A stretch of 60,136 bases of DNA, the filler included. It is 5 parts of 5 records of this genome, joined end to end, with 100 filler letters (N's around TTAATTAATTAA, not from the genome) between each part and the next. Parts side by side here need not be neighbours in the genome. Positions count along the whole stretch, not along the records: positions 18,533 to 32,134 come from DRR723986_13682; 4 more parts are not named here. One strand, 5' to 3'. The position numbers and the translations under genes are program-made. Shown here piece by piece: positions 18,857-29,026 of this stretch. How positions within the stretch are numbered: the stretch's first letter is position 1; the number at the start of each line of letters is the position of its first letter. The notes beneath the pieces were generated by a model. The model did no database searches. It saw only the letters and a program-made list of their open reading frames with translations, and was not told where the DNA came from.

Positions 18857-20212
18857 CTAGCCCAGGCCACTTGCGCGCTCGGCATAGGTCAGCACAGCCC
18901 CTTCCCCCGCCTGCCCGTAATTGACAGACGCCAGCATCTCGCCGGAACTGTCATGCAGGGTAATCAACCCCTTGCGGTTCGACATCTGCATGTGATGGAC
19001 CGTCGCCCGCGTCACCGACACCTTCAAAACGGCACCTGCAATCAGGACGACCGCCTCCACCGGCTGCGGCCGGCCCATCTTGTCCCGCAGTTCGTAGCCC
19101 GTAAGGTCGATGTCCGCAGCACCGGCATTCCAGATCTCCACCCATTCCGTGCCCTGGTCATCCCCCGGCGGGTTCGGCAGGGCCGAAAGAATGCGAAGCG
19201 GTCCGTCATTCTGCATTTCAACGGTCCTTGGACGCACGACCACATTGCCAGAATCGTCCGTGCGGGTGCTGCCGTCACCAAGGAACACAGGGTAGAATGA
19301 GCGGATGTGCTGCCCCAGCGAGCCATCAGCCGTTGTCTCGTGATACATCACCAGATCGAACTTGCCCTCACCGAGCTGAACGCGCTTCTTCTGGTTGGTG
19401 AGCAAGCCGTGCAGGCCTTCGTAATAGGCAAGCGTGCCGAGCGCGAATTCGCACGCAGGACTGCTGCCGACAAAAAATCCACCCTTGCTCTTGAAGAGCT
19501 CAGCGACAAGATTGCCGGTCATGTCCTGGTGGTTCCAGACCATCTGCAGCGTCACGACATGGGGGTTTTCCGGTCCCGGGCCTCCGAGATCGTATTTGTA
19601 ACCAAGGTAGTCGACCCGGTTGTTGAGCTCGTCGAGCGCGAATTTCACCCAGGAGTGATAACCGGAGATTTCACCCTTCTCCGAGGCGGAATTCGCCCCT
19701 TTTTTGTATTTGCCCTCGCCGACAAAAACATGCTCGAAGCCGGTGCAGAAATGGGTCGACTTGCCCCGGAAGAAGTTGGTGTAGACCTCGAACCACATCC
19801 GGAACAGATCCTGCCGGAAGGTTTCAGCTGTCATGTCCCTGACAAGCTCTTCAGAAATATGCTCGAAGGCGATCTGCATCGGCCGGCTTGCAATCACCAG
19901 ATCGAGAAACCCTTCGATCTCGTCTCGCTCGGCAGGCGAAATGGTTTCCGGATCGCGAAAGTGGACCGCGTAGTTGTCCAGAAGCCGGATGAAGGACTGG
20001 TACAGATCGCTCGCCGCCATCTTGTCGAAATCGACCCGGGCAAAGAGCGGGTTCGCGGCCAGGTCGATCTGGCGGGACCCTTTGGCCTTCACCTGCTCGT
20101 CCAGCAGAATGTCGGCTGTCATGTCCGTCCAGTCGCCATCCACATTGCGCGTGCTGACGCTGAACCGGTCGGCATCTTCGTTCCAAATGGCCTGATAGAT
20201 ATGGTCTGACAT
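18857..20212 (-). CDS. XendoU/EndoU-type endoribonuclease fused to a C-terminal lamin-tail domain
   Basis: TGFEHVFVGE, ISGYHSW, KSKGGFFVGSSPACEFALGTL (XendoU His-His-Lys pattern); C-terminal ALPNPPGDDQGTEWVEIWN...IDLTGYELRD (LTD). Confidence 0.82.
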   Translation of the reverse strand: MSDHIYQAIWNEDADRFSVSTRNVDGDWTDMTADILLDEQVKAKGSRQIDLAANPLFARVDFDKMAASDLYQSFIRLLDNYAVHFRDPETISPAERDEIEGFLDLVIASRPMQIAFEHISEELVRDMTAETFRQDLFRMWFEVYTNFFRGKSTHFCTGFEHVFVGEGKYKKGANSASEKGEISGYHSWVKFALDELNNRVDYLGYKYDLGGPGPENPHVVTLQMVWNHQDMTGNLVAELFKSKGGFFVGSSPACEFALGTLAYYEGLHGLLTNQKKRVQLGEGKFDLVMYHETTADGSLGQHIRSFYPVFLGDGSTRTDDSGNVVVRPRTVEMQNDGPLRILSALPNPPGDDQGTEWVEIWNAGAADIDLTGYELRDKMGRPQPVEAVVLIAGAVLKVSVTRATVHHMQMSNRKGLITLHDSSGEMLASVNYGQAGEGAVLTYAERASGLG

Positions 20213-20299
20213 GTACGCCTCAACCTGAAGTAACAAGAAGTAGGCTTTCACACGTTTATGACATTTTCACTACCAGACGAAAACTCGTAACTGTCCGGC

Positions 20300-20333
20300 A
20301 AAAACAAAAAAGCCGGCGTTGCCGCCGGCCTTT
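20300..20333 (-). terminator. Intrinsic terminator after the MBL gene
   Basis: Minus strand GCCGGCG-GCAA-CGCCGGC followed by TTTTTTGTTTTT. Confidence 0.8.
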
Positions 20334-20353
20334 CCGCACTTGCGATGGCAGGA

Positions 20354-21325
20354 TCAGAGCTGCAGTTGGTATGACGCAGGGACGTAACGGAAACCGCTGT
20401 CGTTGGTCTCCACGTAGCCGACCGCCGGGAACGGCATGTGATAGCCCACGAACGGGATCTTGTCGGCGGCCAGCATGCCGAAGACGGTCTTGCGGGTGGC
20501 CGCGGCGCCTTCCTTGTCCATGTCGAAACGCACTTCCCATTCGGGATGCGCCAGCGACCAGACGTAGTGATTGGCGGTATCCGCTGTTATGGCAAGCTGC
20601 TTGCCGTCGCTTTCAAGCATGTAGATCATGTGACCGGGGGTATGACCTGCAGCAGCCATCGCGGTGACACCCGTCGTCACGCTGCCGCCGTCATCGAGGA
20701 AAGTCATTTTCTCCGCCAACGGTTTGACGTGGCTCGCCAACAGCTTGGTCACCCCATTGGCTTCGGCATCCATTGCCGCCCAGAAGTCATATTCCTTCTG
20801 CCCGGTCACATAGCGGGCATTGGCAAAGGTCGGCAAGCCGCCTTCCATCAGACCGCTGACGTGGTCGGGATGCATGTGCGTCAGCACCACCACGTCAACC
20901 TGCTCCGGCGTGTATCCCGCATTTTCCAGCGCGGCGCGCATCTTGCCACGGCCTGGCCGTGCACCTTCGCCATTGCCGGTGTCGAACAGGATCAATTCGC
21001 TGCCCGTGTTCACGAGCGTTGGCGTGAAACTGATCTGGAAACTGTCGTTGGGCAGGAAGTTATCGGCATTGGTCGCAGAAAATGTATCCGCGTCCACATT
21101 CATGGCGAAGGTCTTCTGCGGTTCGGTCAGGGAGACTGCACCGTCGTGCAGAGTGGTCACCTCGAACCCGCCTACGGAATAGCGGGCAACCGGCGCCGGC
21201 ACAGAGGCCTGCTTTTCTGCAGCCGCATGGACAACGGTGGTTCCGGCAAGACTTGCCCCGGCAAGCGCACCACCTGCTCCCAGAAGCGCCGCGCGACGTG
21301 TGAGTTCAACTTTTATCTCGGTCAT
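20354..21325 (-). CDS. Tat-exported MBL-fold metallo-hydrolase
   Basis: TRRAALLG Tat signal; THMHPDH, GHTPGH, YHMPFP. Confidence 0.9.
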   Translation of the reverse strand: MTEIKVELTRRAALLGAGGALAGASLAGTTVVHAAAEKQASVPAPVARYSVGGFEVTTLHDGAVSLTEPQKTFAMNVDADTFSATNADNFLPNDSFQISFTPTLVNTGSELILFDTGNGEGARPGRGKMRAALENAGYTPEQVDVVVLTHMHPDHVSGLMEGGLPTFANARYVTGQKEYDFWAAMDAEANGVTKLLASHVKPLAEKMTFLDDGGSVTTGVTAMAAAGHTPGHMIYMLESDGKQLAITADTANHYVWSLAHPEWEVRFDMDKEGAAATRKTVFGMLAADKIPFVGYHMPFPAVGYVETNDSGFRYVPASYQLQL

Positions 21326-21563
21326 ATTCCCACTCCCTGCAATTCCGATCCATGAAAACAGTCCCGCAGTCGAACACCCCGAGTGCCCGGCAGGACGCAA
21401 AGCTTACGTTCGTGAAAATGGAATGGATGCAGATGCAGACAAGTGCTGTTCGCCGCCAGCCGGATAAACTTCACGAGAGCGAACGAACGAAATGAATTTC
21501 AAAAACTTGCTCACTCGCAACAGACCGCTTTTCTGACGGGATTTCTTCACGGTGCAGCGAATG

Positions 21564-21588
21564 AAAAAGGCGGCCAGAGGCCGCCTTT
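21564..21588 (-). terminator. Intrinsic terminator after cheR
   Basis: AAAAAGGCGGCC-AGA-GGCCGCCTTT. Confidence 0.8.
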
Positions 21589-21635
21589 GAACTTGATCAG
21601 AAATATCCAAACCGTGCTGAAGAAGGGACGCAGGT

Positions 21636-22526
21636 CTAACGCTGCAGACCCAGGCCTGCTCCAGCTCCCACGGCCAGGCGCGGCGTTGCTGCCGTGCCGG
21701 TCGCGGCCTGTGCAGCCTGTTTCTTCTGGAAGAGGCCTCGCTTACCGGGCACCGGCTTGAAGGCATCCGTCAGACCGACCACGGTTTCTGCGGCACCGAG
21801 AACGAGATAACCATCATCCGGCAGGGATTTCGCCAACCGGCCGAGGATTTCCGTCTTGGTTGCCTGATCGAAGTAGATCAGCACGTTGCGGCAGAAAATG
21901 ATGTCGAACTCGCCCAGATGGGTGAAGCTTTCCAGCAGGTTCAGCTTCTTCCATTCGATCATGGCGCGCATGCCGGCATTGATCTGCCACATGTCACCCT
22001 TCTGCTCGAAGTATTTCAGCAGCATCTGGATCGGCAGACCACGCTGAACCTCGAACTGGCTGTAGAGGCCGGTCTTGGCCTTTTCCAGCACTTCGTTGGA
22101 GAGGTCCGTACCCAGGATCCGGGTTCGCCAGCCAGCCATCTTGGCCGCATCTTCCTTCAGGCAGATGCCCAGGGAATAAGGCTCCTGCCCGGTAGAGGCA
22201 GCCGCACACCAGATCTTGATCTGCTTGCGTGTCGCGCGGCTTTCCAGCAGCGCCGGCAGCATCGTGTCCTTGAAGTGCTCGAACGGTGTCTTGTCGCGAA
22301 AAAAGAACGACTCGTTGGTCGTCATCGCCTCGACGACGTCCGTTTCCAGCGCTCTGTTGGTGCCGCGCTGAAGCTGCTGGATTACCGCACTGAGTGTTTC
22401 CAGTTTGGAGCTGCGTGCGATCGGCAGAAGACGGCTTTCGACCAGGTATTGCTTGTCGTTGGACAGAACCAGGCCGGAGCGGGTCTTCAGGAAGTTTTTC
22501 AGAAACTCGAACTCGCTCGGGGTCAT
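21636..22526 (-). CDS. cheR: Chemotaxis methyltransferase
   Basis: TTNESFFFRD, AASTGQEPYS, FDIIFCRNVLIYF. Confidence 0.96.
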   Translation of the reverse strand: MTPSEFEFLKNFLKTRSGLVLSNDKQYLVESRLLPIARSSKLETLSAVIQQLQRGTNRALETDVVEAMTTNESFFFRDKTPFEHFKDTMLPALLESRATRKQIKIWCAAASTGQEPYSLGICLKEDAAKMAGWRTRILGTDLSNEVLEKAKTGLYSQFEVQRGLPIQMLLKYFEQKGDMWQINAGMRAMIEWKKLNLLESFTHLGEFDIIFCRNVLIYFDQATKTEILGRLAKSLPDDGYLVLGAAETVVGLTDAFKPVPGKRGLFQKKQAAQAATGTAATPRLAVGAGAGLGLQR

Positions 22527-23746
22527 CTCGTGTTCCCCTTCAGAACGCGCGAGATCTTCGGGCCGATCTCCTTCAAGGGTAGAATTTCGCTGCAGACGCC
22601 CGTTTGTGCAGCTGCGCCCGGCATGCCCCAGACCACGCTTGTGGCTTCGTCCTGCGTGATCACGCTGCCGCCGCCTGCTGCAATCGTCTTGACGCCTTCA
22701 GCGCCGTCATGACCCATACCGGTCAGGATGACACCCAGGCTTGCCGAACCGAATACCTTCGCAACGCTGTCGAACAGGGGATCGACGGCAGGCTTGCAGA
22801 AATTCACGGGAGGACCGTCGGTCAGCCGGATCTTGGCAACGCCGCCGTCCTTTTCCACGATCATGTGCTTGCCGCCAGGCGCGACATAGATATTGCCGGG
22901 CTTCAGCACTTCGCCATCTTCACCTTCCTTGGACGGACGCAGGGCAGCCTTGCCCATATGCTCGGCCAGAATGGCAGTGAAGGTTGGCGGCATATGCTGG
23001 GTGATGACCACCGGCACATCATTCATGGCCGTACCGACTTCGCGCATGACTTCCTGCAGCGCCTGCGGACCGCCCGTCGAGGAACCGATCGCAAGGATGC
23101 GCGGACGCGCGGATGAGTACGGACGGGTCTGGTACTTCACTGCACCGGCAGCAGCTCCTGCCGGTTGAGCAGCTCCGCGAAAGGTCGCCCGTGTATCCGT
23201 TGCCGGACGCGCAGAAATCGGTCTGACCGGCTGCGCGGTGCGGCCTGCGCTGGTTTCTGCACGCATGGTGCGCGCAGGACCGCGCATGCGCAATGCACGT
23301 GCCCCAAGAGCCTTGACCTTCTCGATCAGCTCACGGCGAAAATCGATGGACGTCGTGACCTCGGAAGTCGATTCCGGCTTCGGCACATAGTCGGCCGCGC
23401 CCAGAGACAGGGCCTTCAAGCTGATTTCCGCGTTGCGGCGGGTCAGCGTCGAAGCCATGATCACGACGAGATCGCGCTTCTTCGCCAGCATGAGCGGCAA
23501 AGCCGTCATGCCGTCCATTTCCGGCATCTCGATGTCGAGAACGACGACGTCCGGATTGCTTTTTTCGATATCTTCTACAGCAAGCTTGCCGTTGCGATGC
23601 GAGCTGACGACTTTCAGACTTTTGTCTTCACCGAGCCAGCGTGTCAGGAGTCCGCGGATGACGACAGCGTCATCTACGACCATGACTTTGATGGGGTCGC
23701 TGCCCGGACTCGTGCCCGCAGTTATGCTTCTTTGCGCAAACGCCAT
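22523..23746 (-). CDS. cheB: Chemotaxis methylesterase
   Basis: REC domain plus GSSTGGP, QHMP, LTGMGHDG, VWGMP. Confidence 0.96.
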   Translation of the reverse strand: MAFAQRSITAGTSPGSDPIKVMVVDDAVVIRGLLTRWLGEDKSLKVVSSHRNGKLAVEDIEKSNPDVVVLDIEMPEMDGMTALPLMLAKKRDLVVIMASTLTRRNAEISLKALSLGAADYVPKPESTSEVTTSIDFRRELIEKVKALGARALRMRGPARTMRAETSAGRTAQPVRPISARPATDTRATFRGAAQPAGAAAGAVKYQTRPYSSARPRILAIGSSTGGPQALQEVMREVGTAMNDVPVVITQHMPPTFTAILAEHMGKAALRPSKEGEDGEVLKPGNIYVAPGGKHMIVEKDGGVAKIRLTDGPPVNFCKPAVDPLFDSVAKVFGSASLGVILTGMGHDGAEGVKTIAAGGGSVITQDEATSVVWGMPGAAAQTGVCSEILPLKEIGPKISRVLKGNTR

Positions 23747-23766
23747 TTAGACTGCCCAACTCGAAA

Positions 23767-24132
23767 CTAGATAAGACCGACTTCCTGAAACTTGGCTTCC
23801 ACGATTTCGCGGTCAAACGGTTTCATGATGTACTCGTTTGCACCGGCACGAATGGCGCGGGCGATGTGAGCAACATCGTTTTCGGTCGTGCAGAATACGA
23901 CGATCGGGTTTTCTCCGCCTTCTTCCGCACGCAGGCTGGTCAGGAACTCAAGTCCGTCCATGACGGGCATGTTCCAGTCCAGCAGGATCGCGTCCGGCAT
24001 GGTCTTGCGGCATTCGTCAAGCGCCTTCTGGCCGTCTTCCGCTTCCGTAATCTCGAAATTCATATCCTCGAGAATGCGGCGAGCCACCTTCCGGATGACG
24101 CTTGAGTCATCTACTACGAGGCACTGTTTCAT
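23767..24132 (-). CDS. cheY: Chemotaxis response regulator
   Basis: Single REC domain: VVDD, LDWNMP, YIMKPF. Confidence 0.93.
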   Translation of the reverse strand: MKQCLVVDDSSVIRKVARRILEDMNFEITEAEDGQKALDECRKTMPDAILLDWNMPVMDGLEFLTSLRAEEGGENPIVVFCTTENDVAHIARAIRAGANEYIMKPFDREIVEAKFQEVGLI

Positions 24133-24168
24133 CAGGCGTAACTCCACTCAATGGCCATTGCGGCCCAG

Positions 24169-24660
24169 TTATGCTGCAGCCATGGGTTCGGTGAACATCG
24201 CACCAAGCAGACGGTCGACATCCAGAATGACCATCAGGCGGCCGTCCAGACGATGGACGCCTCCGGAGATCTCGGCCCAACGGCGATCCAGGTTCGACGG
24301 GTTGGGCTCTGCAGATGCGGACGGCAGCGTCAGCACCTCACCAACCGTGTCGATGACAAGGCCGTAGCTTTCCTGCTTGTACTCGATGCCCACGGCCATC
24401 ATCTGCCCTTCCTTCAGCGGAGGCAAGTGAAGGCGGCGGCGCATGTTGATTGCGGTGACGATGCGTCCACGCAGGTTCAGGACACCCTGAACCTCGGGTG
24501 CGGACATCGGCACGCGAGTTACGCTTTCCGGCACGAACACGTCGTGAACCTGGGAAATGGGCAGGCCGAACAGCTGGCCGCCGATGACCACGGTCACATA
24601 CTGGATCATGTCACTTGCGGCTTTTTGCTCCGCGGTCAGTTTGTGTTCCAGCACACTCAT
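24169..24660 (-). CDS. cheW: Chemotaxis coupling protein
   Basis: GVLNLRGRIVT, YGLVID.VGEV. Confidence 0.94.
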   Translation of the reverse strand: MSVLEHKLTAEQKAASDMIQYVTVVIGGQLFGLPISQVHDVFVPESVTRVPMSAPEVQGVLNLRGRIVTAINMRRRLHLPPLKEGQMMAVGIEYKQESYGLVIDTVGEVLTLPSASAEPNPSNLDRRWAEISGGVHRLDGRLMVILDVDRLLGAMFTEPMAAA

Positions 24661-27455
24661 GCTGCAGCTCCCATTTCACCGGAGAAGACGTCTTTCAGGG
24701 CGGCGATCAGGCCCGGACGGTCGAATTTGGCGACATAGTCGTCAAAGCCCGCCTGGCGGCCGCGTTCGATCGAGGCCGGCGTCACCATGGACGACAGGGC
24801 CAGGATCGGAATGTTGCGGAACCGGGGATCGCGGCGCAGCGATTCACAGAACTCGAAGCCGTTGATTTCCGGCATTTCGATGTCACTGACGATCGCATGG
24901 AACTTGTCGCCGTTTTCCAGAAGTTCGAACGCCTGATGCGGACCGGTACAGGTGGTCACATCGTAGCCGGCAGCCTTCAGAACCGGTGTCAGCATGTTGC
25001 GGAAGAAGGACGAGTCATCCACGAAGAGAACCTTCTTCGTCAGCGCCTCGATGTCCATTTCCTTGCGCATGAACCAGTCTTCAAAGGCCTGCGGCAGATA
25101 GTAGCCGAGGTCGATGATCTCGGTCGCACGTTCCTTCACCACGGCAGAGCCGAGGATGCCCGGACGTTCCGAACCTACTTCGATGTTCATGCGGTCCTCG
25201 ACGATGTCGACGATCTCGTCGACCACGAGGCCCATGGAGCGTCCCGCATCGGAGAACACCAGCATCGGCTGCGTGCCTTCCGACTTGTGGCTGTCGCCTT
25301 CGTTCAGATAGACGAGCGGCATGAGCGCACCGCGATACTGGACCAGATCGCGGCCGTTCGACCGTTCGATCTTGGAGACCTCGAACTCCTCCAGGCGTGT
25401 GACCAGAGACAGCGGCACGGCTTTCGGTTCCGGCGCACCGGCACGGAACAGCAGAAGCGAGATCGAGCTCTGGCCGGAAATCGCACGGCTCTGCAGGTCT
25501 TCCCGTTCGTCTTCCTGGTTCTCGGTGACCGCGCTGGATGCATGGCTTGCCATGGCACCGGCGATGCCGTTCGGATCGATGATCATGATCACGGAACCGT
25601 CGCCCAGGATGGTGTTGCCGGAGAACATGCCGAGGTTGCGCAGCATCGTCGACATCGGCTTGACCACGATTTCCTCCGTATGGAAGACACCGTCGACAAC
25701 CACGCCGAATGTCTGGCTACCGACCTGCATGACAACGATGAAGCCGTTGTCCGCATCAATCGCCTCGTCCGCGTTTTCGCCCTCATAGATACCGAGGAGC
25801 TGGGACAGGTGCACCAGCGGCAGCAGCTTGTTGCGCAAGCGCAGGACCGGAGTGTCCTTGATCCGCTCTATACGGTGTTCCGAATTGGTCTGCACGCGGA
25901 CCAGTTCGACAACGGAAAGCTGCGGGATGGCGAACCGGTCACCGCCGGCTTCGACGATCAGCGTCGAAACAATGGCAAGCGTCAGCGGGATCTTGATGAT
26001 GAAGCTCGAGCCCTTGCCCTGGGTAGAGCGCAGGTCGACAGTACCGCCGATCAGTTCGATGTTGTTGCGAACGACATCCATGCCGACGCCGCGGCCGGAC
26101 ACGCTCGTAACCTTTGCGGCCGTGGAGAACCCGGCTGCGAAGATGAACTTGTGGATCTGGGCGTCCGTCATCTTGTCGACTTCGGCTTCCGACGCCAGGC
26201 CGCGTTCCACGACCTTCGCCTTCACCTTGTCGACGTCGATGCCCTTACCGTCATCGCGAACTTCGATGATGATGTGGCCGCCTTCATGGTAAGCCGCCAG
26301 GGTAATGGTACCCTTTTCAGGCTTGCCAGCGGAGCGGCGCTCATCCGGGCGCTCAAGACCATGGTCGGCCGAGTTGCGGACCATGTGCGTGAGCGGGTCC
26401 TTGATCATCTCGAGAACCTGGCGGTCCAGTTCGGTATCCGCACCGATCATTTCCAGTTCGATCGGCTTTTCAAGTTCCTGGCTGAGATCGCGAACGATGC
26501 GCGGCAGTTTCTGCCAGGCATTGCCGATCGGCTGCATGCGCGTCGCCATGACGCCTTCCTGCAGTTCGGCAGTTACATTCGACAGACGCTGCAGCGGCAC
26601 CTTGAATTCGCTGTCTTCATGGCGGCGTACGATTTCCAGAAGCTGGTTCCGGGTCAGCACCAGTTCGGACACCATGGTCATCAGGTGCTCGAGCGTGTCG
26701 ACCGCGACGCGGATGCTCTGGTTGGAAACACCGCCACCGGAGGATTTCTTCTCGCCGCCTTCGCCGCCAGCCTTTTTCGCCGGGGCTTTCGCAGCCGCCT
26801 TGGCTTCTGCCTTGACCGCAACGGGAGCAGGCTCTGGCTCATCGGCTTCGTCGACGATCTCTTCGAGTTCCGGAACTTCCGGCTCGGCGACTTCGACTTC
26901 AACTTCGGTTTCGCGGAACGCGCGCTCCAGTTCGTCCAGCGACACTTCGCCAGGACGGAGCGGACGTTCAAGAGCTTGCTCGGCGGCAGCTTCTTCGGCA
27001 GGCGCTTCCGGCTCAGCCGCAACGGCTTCAGCCACAGGCGCTTCCGTGACGGCTGCGCCACCCTTCATGGCGGCATCAGCTTTCGCGGACATCTCTTCCA
27101 GCTGGCCGATCAGCTCACTGTCGTCGCCTTGCGGCTCTTCGCCTTCGGCAGCTTCCAGTTCACCCAGAATGTCCTTGATCTGGTCGATCGAGGTCAGAAT
27201 GAGGGAAACGGCTTCTTGCGTGACAGGAGCGCCATCGCGGAACTTGCCCATGAGGGTCTCAGCCGCATGCGCGATACCTTCAAGACGGGGAAGACCCAGG
27301 AAGCCACAGGTGCCCTTGATCGTGTGCACCAGGCGGAAAATATTATCTAGGATAGTCGCGTTGTTCGGTTCCTGCTCGAATTTTACGAGCTCAACGTCAA
27401 CAACATCGAGACTTTCGTTCGTCTCTGTAATGAATTCCCTGAGGAGGTCGTCCAT
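24657..27455 (-). CDS. cheA: Hybrid chemotaxis histidine kinase (HPt, HATPase, two CheW domains, REC)
   Basis: FRLVHTIKG, HMVRNSADHG, SGRGVGMDVV, C-terminal VDDS...SDIEMP REC. Confidence 0.96.
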   Translation of the reverse strand: MDDLLREFITETNESLDVVDVELVKFEQEPNNATILDNIFRLVHTIKGTCGFLGLPRLEGIAHAAETLMGKFRDGAPVTQEAVSLILTSIDQIKDILGELEAAEGEEPQGDDSELIGQLEEMSAKADAAMKGGAAVTEAPVAEAVAAEPEAPAEEAAAEQALERPLRPGEVSLDELERAFRETEVEVEVAEPEVPELEEIVDEADEPEPAPVAVKAEAKAAAKAPAKKAGGEGGEKKSSGGGVSNQSIRVAVDTLEHLMTMVSELVLTRNQLLEIVRRHEDSEFKVPLQRLSNVTAELQEGVMATRMQPIGNAWQKLPRIVRDLSQELEKPIELEMIGADTELDRQVLEMIKDPLTHMVRNSADHGLERPDERRSAGKPEKGTITLAAYHEGGHIIIEVRDDGKGIDVDKVKAKVVERGLASEAEVDKMTDAQIHKFIFAAGFSTAAKVTSVSGRGVGMDVVRNNIELIGGTVDLRSTQGKGSSFIIKIPLTLAIVSTLIVEAGGDRFAIPQLSVVELVRVQTNSEHRIERIKDTPVLRLRNKLLPLVHLSQLLGIYEGENADEAIDADNGFIVVMQVGSQTFGVVVDGVFHTEEIVVKPMSTMLRNLGMFSGNTILGDGSVIMIIDPNGIAGAMASHASSAVTENQEDEREDLQSRAISGQSSISLLLFRAGAPEPKAVPLSLVTRLEEFEVSKIERSNGRDLVQYRGALMPLVYLNEGDSHKSEGTQPMLVFSDAGRSMGLVVDEIVDIVEDRMNIEVGSERPGILGSAVVKERATEIIDLGYYLPQAFEDWFMRKEMDIEALTKKVLFVDDSSFFRNMLTPVLKAAGYDVTTCTGPHQAFELLENGDKFHAIVSDIEMPEINGFEFCESLRRDPRFRNIPILALSSMVTPASIERGRQAGFDDYVAKFDRPGLIAALKDVFSGEMGAAA

Positions 27456-27546
27456 GGCCTGCTCTCACCCGACTTGTTACTGGTTCCGCATCCCAAAAGG
27501 GACGTCTGGACCGAGAAGTCCATGAGAGCTAGGTTGACGGCAAACA

Positions 27547-27562
27547 GTTAAGATACGCTGAA
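27547..27562 (-). promoter_or_regulatory. Candidate CtrA box upstream of cheA
   Basis: Minus strand TTCA-GCGTATC-TTAAC versus consensus TTAA-N7-TTAAC (one mismatch). Confidence 0.55.
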
Positions 27563-27589
27563 GCGGATGGAGACTTTTGCAGGCCTTGT

Positions 27590-28234
27590 TTATTCTGCCA
27601 AGAGGGCCGTTATTTTTACCAACTCTTCTTGTTTATCTATCGTTAATACCATGCCGCATTCACGGGCGAGCAGCAACGTGTAGATCGGCTGAACCGAGTG
27701 CGCATCGACCCGTTCAGGCTCTTCTCCGCTCAGAGTTTCCTTCATTCCCAGCGGAATGCGCGGATTGAGACCGCTGGCCTGAAGCGTGAAGGACGGAGAT
27801 TGTGGGTCGCCTTCCATTTCAACCTTGATTTCTCCACCGCGCGGAACGCACTGGTTGGCGATGAGGATCAAGTTGAGAAGTAGTTTTACGTAGTTCTTCG
27901 GCATCAGGTGCCGGGTCAATTGCCAATTTAGATCGGATTTTTCGTTTTCCATGAACCCGGTGGCAACGACCTGAGCATCGCCCAGGTCGATCTCCGCGCC
28001 TGCCGAGCCTGCAGCGCCGAATGCAAGACGGGCGAACTGCAGTTTTGCAGATGCCTGGCGCGCGCTCTTGCGGATGAGGTCCATGGCGAATTCGCGCATG
28101 TCCTCCGACCCCTCCTCATCCAGCACTTCCAACCCGTTGGTTATCGCCCCTACGGGAGAAATGATGTCGTGGCAGACGCGGCTGGCCACCAGGGCGGCAA
28201 GATCAAGAGAGGAAAGCTCTTTTAGTGCAGACAT
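27590..28234 (-). CDS. chpT: Histidine phosphotransferase ChpT
   Basis: LAALVASRVCHDIISPVGAITNGLE, LQFARLAFGAAGS. Confidence 0.95.
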   Translation of the reverse strand: MSALKELSSLDLAALVASRVCHDIISPVGAITNGLEVLDEEGSEDMREFAMDLIRKSARQASAKLQFARLAFGAAGSAGAEIDLGDAQVVATGFMENEKSDLNWQLTRHLMPKNYVKLLLNLILIANQCVPRGGEIKVEMEGDPQSPSFTLQASGLNPRIPLGMKETLSGEEPERVDAHSVQPIYTLLLARECGMVLTIDKQEELVKITALLAE

Positions 28235-28417
28235 GGCGTTTTGAGGCTCTTCTTGAGGAGGCGGCGGAAACTGATTCGATATAGTGGTTGCAAGAGTTAC
28301 ACATCCGCACAGCGGCTGCCAAGGCAGCGGCGGGCAGCAAACCATGTCATCCAGATGAAAGTTTGCCCCGAAATCCGCCTTTTCCGGCGTCCGGGAGCAG
28401 TTTAACCGGGTAACCAC

Positions 28418-28903
28418 CTACCGCATCGGCACGCAGCCAACCCGTTCGGCATTGTCTTGGGCCGCCGTCATCAGCTGGCTGCCGTTGACGACGAACAGGA
28501 ACCGGTTGACCACCGAATGGAAAAAGACCAGTCGTCCGTCGACAATGGCATAGATGAACGGATTGCCGGCCGTGCCAAAGCCCTCGGACAGCGCATACCC
28601 GCCGCAGGCGGCAAAAAGCGGTGCATAGGCTTCAGGATCCCGCTTGAAGGCGGCAAGATTGCCTTCATTGACGAAGATCCATTCCGTGCCACCCCATTTG
28701 TGCACATGGTTCCGCTTTCCCTTGCGCGGGTAACCATCGACGAAATAGCTCACCGGATCATGTCCGCCGAGCGCGTATCCCGTGATCGGATCGGGAACGA
28801 AAACCTGGGGACGCGCGAAGACTTTCCCCGCAAAAAGACAGGAGAGCAGGATCAATACAGCACAAAGACATAACCTTGTCTTTTTTTGAGGCCAGCTTTC
28901 CAT
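28418..28903 (-). CDS. YHS-domain exported protein
   Basis: ALGGHDPVSYF, W.F.NEGNLAAF..DPEAYAP. Confidence 0.8.
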   Translation of the reverse strand: MESWPQKKTRLCLCAVLILLSCLFAGKVFARPQVFVPDPITGYALGGHDPVSYFVDGYPRKGKRNHVHKWGGTEWIFVNEGNLAAFKRDPEAYAPLFAACGGYALSEGFGTAGNPFIYAIVDGRLVFFHSVVNRFLFVVNGSQLMTAAQDNAERVGCVPMR

Positions 28904-29026
28904 TGATTCGGCTTATGTAAGGTGCACCATCTCATGCGAATCAGCATGATATTGCATCAGTTTAACATTGCGGTCTGACCGAGCGGCAACAATCGGCGCG
29001 GCCAACAGATTTTGGGAGAATATCGA

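Noticed and set aside
24615-27350. 911-aa plus-strand ORF
   Set aside because: Antisense shadow of cheA in high-GC DNA. The same applies to 8619-10256, 29748-30908, 13-612 and similar overlapping ORFs.
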